This document shows positions 62,669 through 64,000 of a stretch of DNA of 64,000 nucleotides, one piece after another. The translations under genes were made by a program, and so were the position numbers. The stretch comes from Anaeramoeba ignava BMAN (taxonomy: Eukaryota; Protista; Anaeramoebae), in NCBI GenBank assembly GCA_028826165.1, contig JAPDFW010000057.1, positions 124,001 to 188,000 of the forward strand. Direction: 5' to 3'. A model generated the notes under the pieces. It was not told the DNA's origin. It searched no databases and saw only the letters and a list, made by a program, of their open reading frames with translations. Position 1 is the stretch's first letter. The number at the start of each line of letters is the position of its first letter.

Positions 62669-64000
62669 ATGGATCCTCTAGATTTTATAAGAGCAATTGA
62701 TGAAAATGATTTACAAAAAATTAAAGAAATTTATCAACAAAAACCTGATTTTAATGATTTATTTCCTGTTCCTTTTATTAATTAACAAAAAAGAGAAAAA
62801 CTTTTTATTATTAAAAATAAAACCAATTTTAAAAAAACAAATTTAGAAAGTAAAATTTAAAAATTTTAAATTGAATTAAAATTCATAATTAAATTTTAAA
62901 TCAAAGACAAATCACATGACTCCTCTTGATAAAGCTTTAAGAAAAGGTGCTTCTGAAGAAATTATTAGATTTCTTTTAACAACAGAAAAAATTGATATTA
63001 ATGCACCAAATGTAAATAAAATTAAAATTAAAATTAAAATTAAAATTAAAATTAAAATTAAAATTAAAATTAAAATTGGAATTAAAATTAAAATTAAAAT
63101 AGAATGTTGGTTTGTATTTTAAATTAAATTATTTTAATTTAATTAAATTTAACTTATATTTTTTTAGTAAATATTTTATTTAGTTTTTATTTTTGAAAAT
63201 AATAATTATATTATTATTTCTTTTAGGGAGATACTGCTGTTCATCATGCTTGCTGGTTTCATAAAAGAACGAATATTATTAAATTACTTATTGAAGCAGG
63301 AGGAGATATTAATTATAAAGATGTAAATAAATTTAAATTTAAATTTCCAAAAAAAAAAATAATATTAAATTTATTTTTATTTAGCATGTAAAAATCAAAA
63401 TCAAAATCAAATAAATTTAATAATAATAATAATTGTTTTTTTATTAATTTAGTATGTATTTTTTAGATATTTTTTTAGATATATTTTTTTAAATATTTTT
63501 TTTGAATTAAATAGGATTATACTCCAGTTCATTATGCTACAATAGGGAATTCAAGTGAAGAAATTTATCTTTTTACTTGCTGATTATAATGGAGATTTTA
63601 CTATTCCTGATGTTTGGAAAATAAATAATATTTAATCTCTTTTTTTTTTGGAAAATGAATTAAAAATTAATTATAAAACAAAAATAGCATGTAAAATTTG
63701 GAACATTCTTTTTCAAATTCAATCTAAAAGAAAATAATTTATAAATTAATTTATTTAGTCAGTAATTATTTTTACTTTAGAATAAATCAAAAGAAATAAT
63801 AATAAATATTTAAATTATTATTTTAGAAAAAAACACCTTTAGATTATGTTAAAGATGAAAAACTAAAACAAAAAATATTGAATAGAATTCAAACAAGAAA
63901 ATCTATTAATCAAGATTTTTTAGTTTTATTTGAAAGAAAAGAATTTACAGATTCAAAATTACAATTACAAGATGGAGAAATTTCATTTCATAAATTAATA
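62669..64000 (+). CDS. Ankyrin-repeat plus BTB protein, 5' part only; exons 62669-62767, 62847-62849, 62907-63011, 63103-63105, 63227-63322, 63385-63387, 63453-63455, 63515-63611, 63688-63690, 63759-63761, 63827->64000
   Basis: Ankyrin motifs MTPLDKA, GDTAVHHA, DYTPVHYA and KTPLDY; BTB start SINQDFLVLFERKEFTD..ISFHKLI. There is one extra T near 63570. Confidence 0.85.
62847..63761 (+). other. Series of six single-codon (3-nt) microexons: AAA, AAT, CAT, TAT, CAT, TCA
   Basis: Each sits as TAG|NNN|GT inside otherwise G-poor intronic DNA; the paired ones complete the ankyrin D-x-x-G-x-T-P spacing. Confidence 0.8.

Noticed and set aside
63460-63482. Additional alternative microexons at ttttag|ATA and at tttag|AAT (63781)
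   Set aside because: No GT follows, and they lie too close to the upstream donors.
63560-63585. Frameshift making the ankyrin-BTB gene a pseudogene or a programmed frameshift
   Set aside because: A single extra T in a homopolymer makes the exon 97 nt rather than 96. A similar indel appears at the RRP7 C-terminus (about 38365), so sequencing error is more likely. Reads are needed to confirm.
1-64000. Alternative genetic code, inteins, transposases, rRNA or tRNA genes
   Set aside because: TAA, TAG and TGA all end genes, and ORF breaks are explained by GT-AG introns. I saw no intein, transposase, reverse-transcriptase or structured RNA signatures by eye; tRNAscan and Rfam were not run.

Overview
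A very AT-rich, gene-dense eukaryotic genomic window using the standard code and GT-AG spliceosomal introns. The BTB-TLDc and ankyrin-BTB genes, QN/EN homopeptide tracts and TCATTT initiator-like motifs suggest an anaerobic metamonad amoeba such as Anaeramoeba (inference). About 23 protein genes can be reconstructed by hand: ankyrin proteins, two Rabs, MYBBP1A/Pol5, RRP17, PIG-U, a CLoG1-like protein, a GPR1/FUN34/YaaH acetate channel, HPS1, a large PH-PX-ankyrin-PB1 scaffold, two intronless BTB-TLDc genes, RRP7, an ankyrin-pseudokinase, a CXXC-less PDI, RPS21, a LisH/CTLH protein, PACRG, mevalonate kinase and a partial ankyrin-BTB gene. Most short ORFs in the track are translations of intronic 6/12/24-bp tandem repeats. 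The most striking observation is in the last gene (62669-64000): six 3-nt, single-codon microexons (AG|NNN|GT), each flanked by 57-121-nt introns, supply residues at the beta-hairpin tips of successive ankyrin repeats, the positions that form the variable binding surface. Other notable features are intron-specific 12-bp-periodic minisatellites, mirror-symmetric poly(A)-ATGA...TCAT-poly(T) promoter regions, and a 144-bp satellite upstream of a BTB-TLDc gene.
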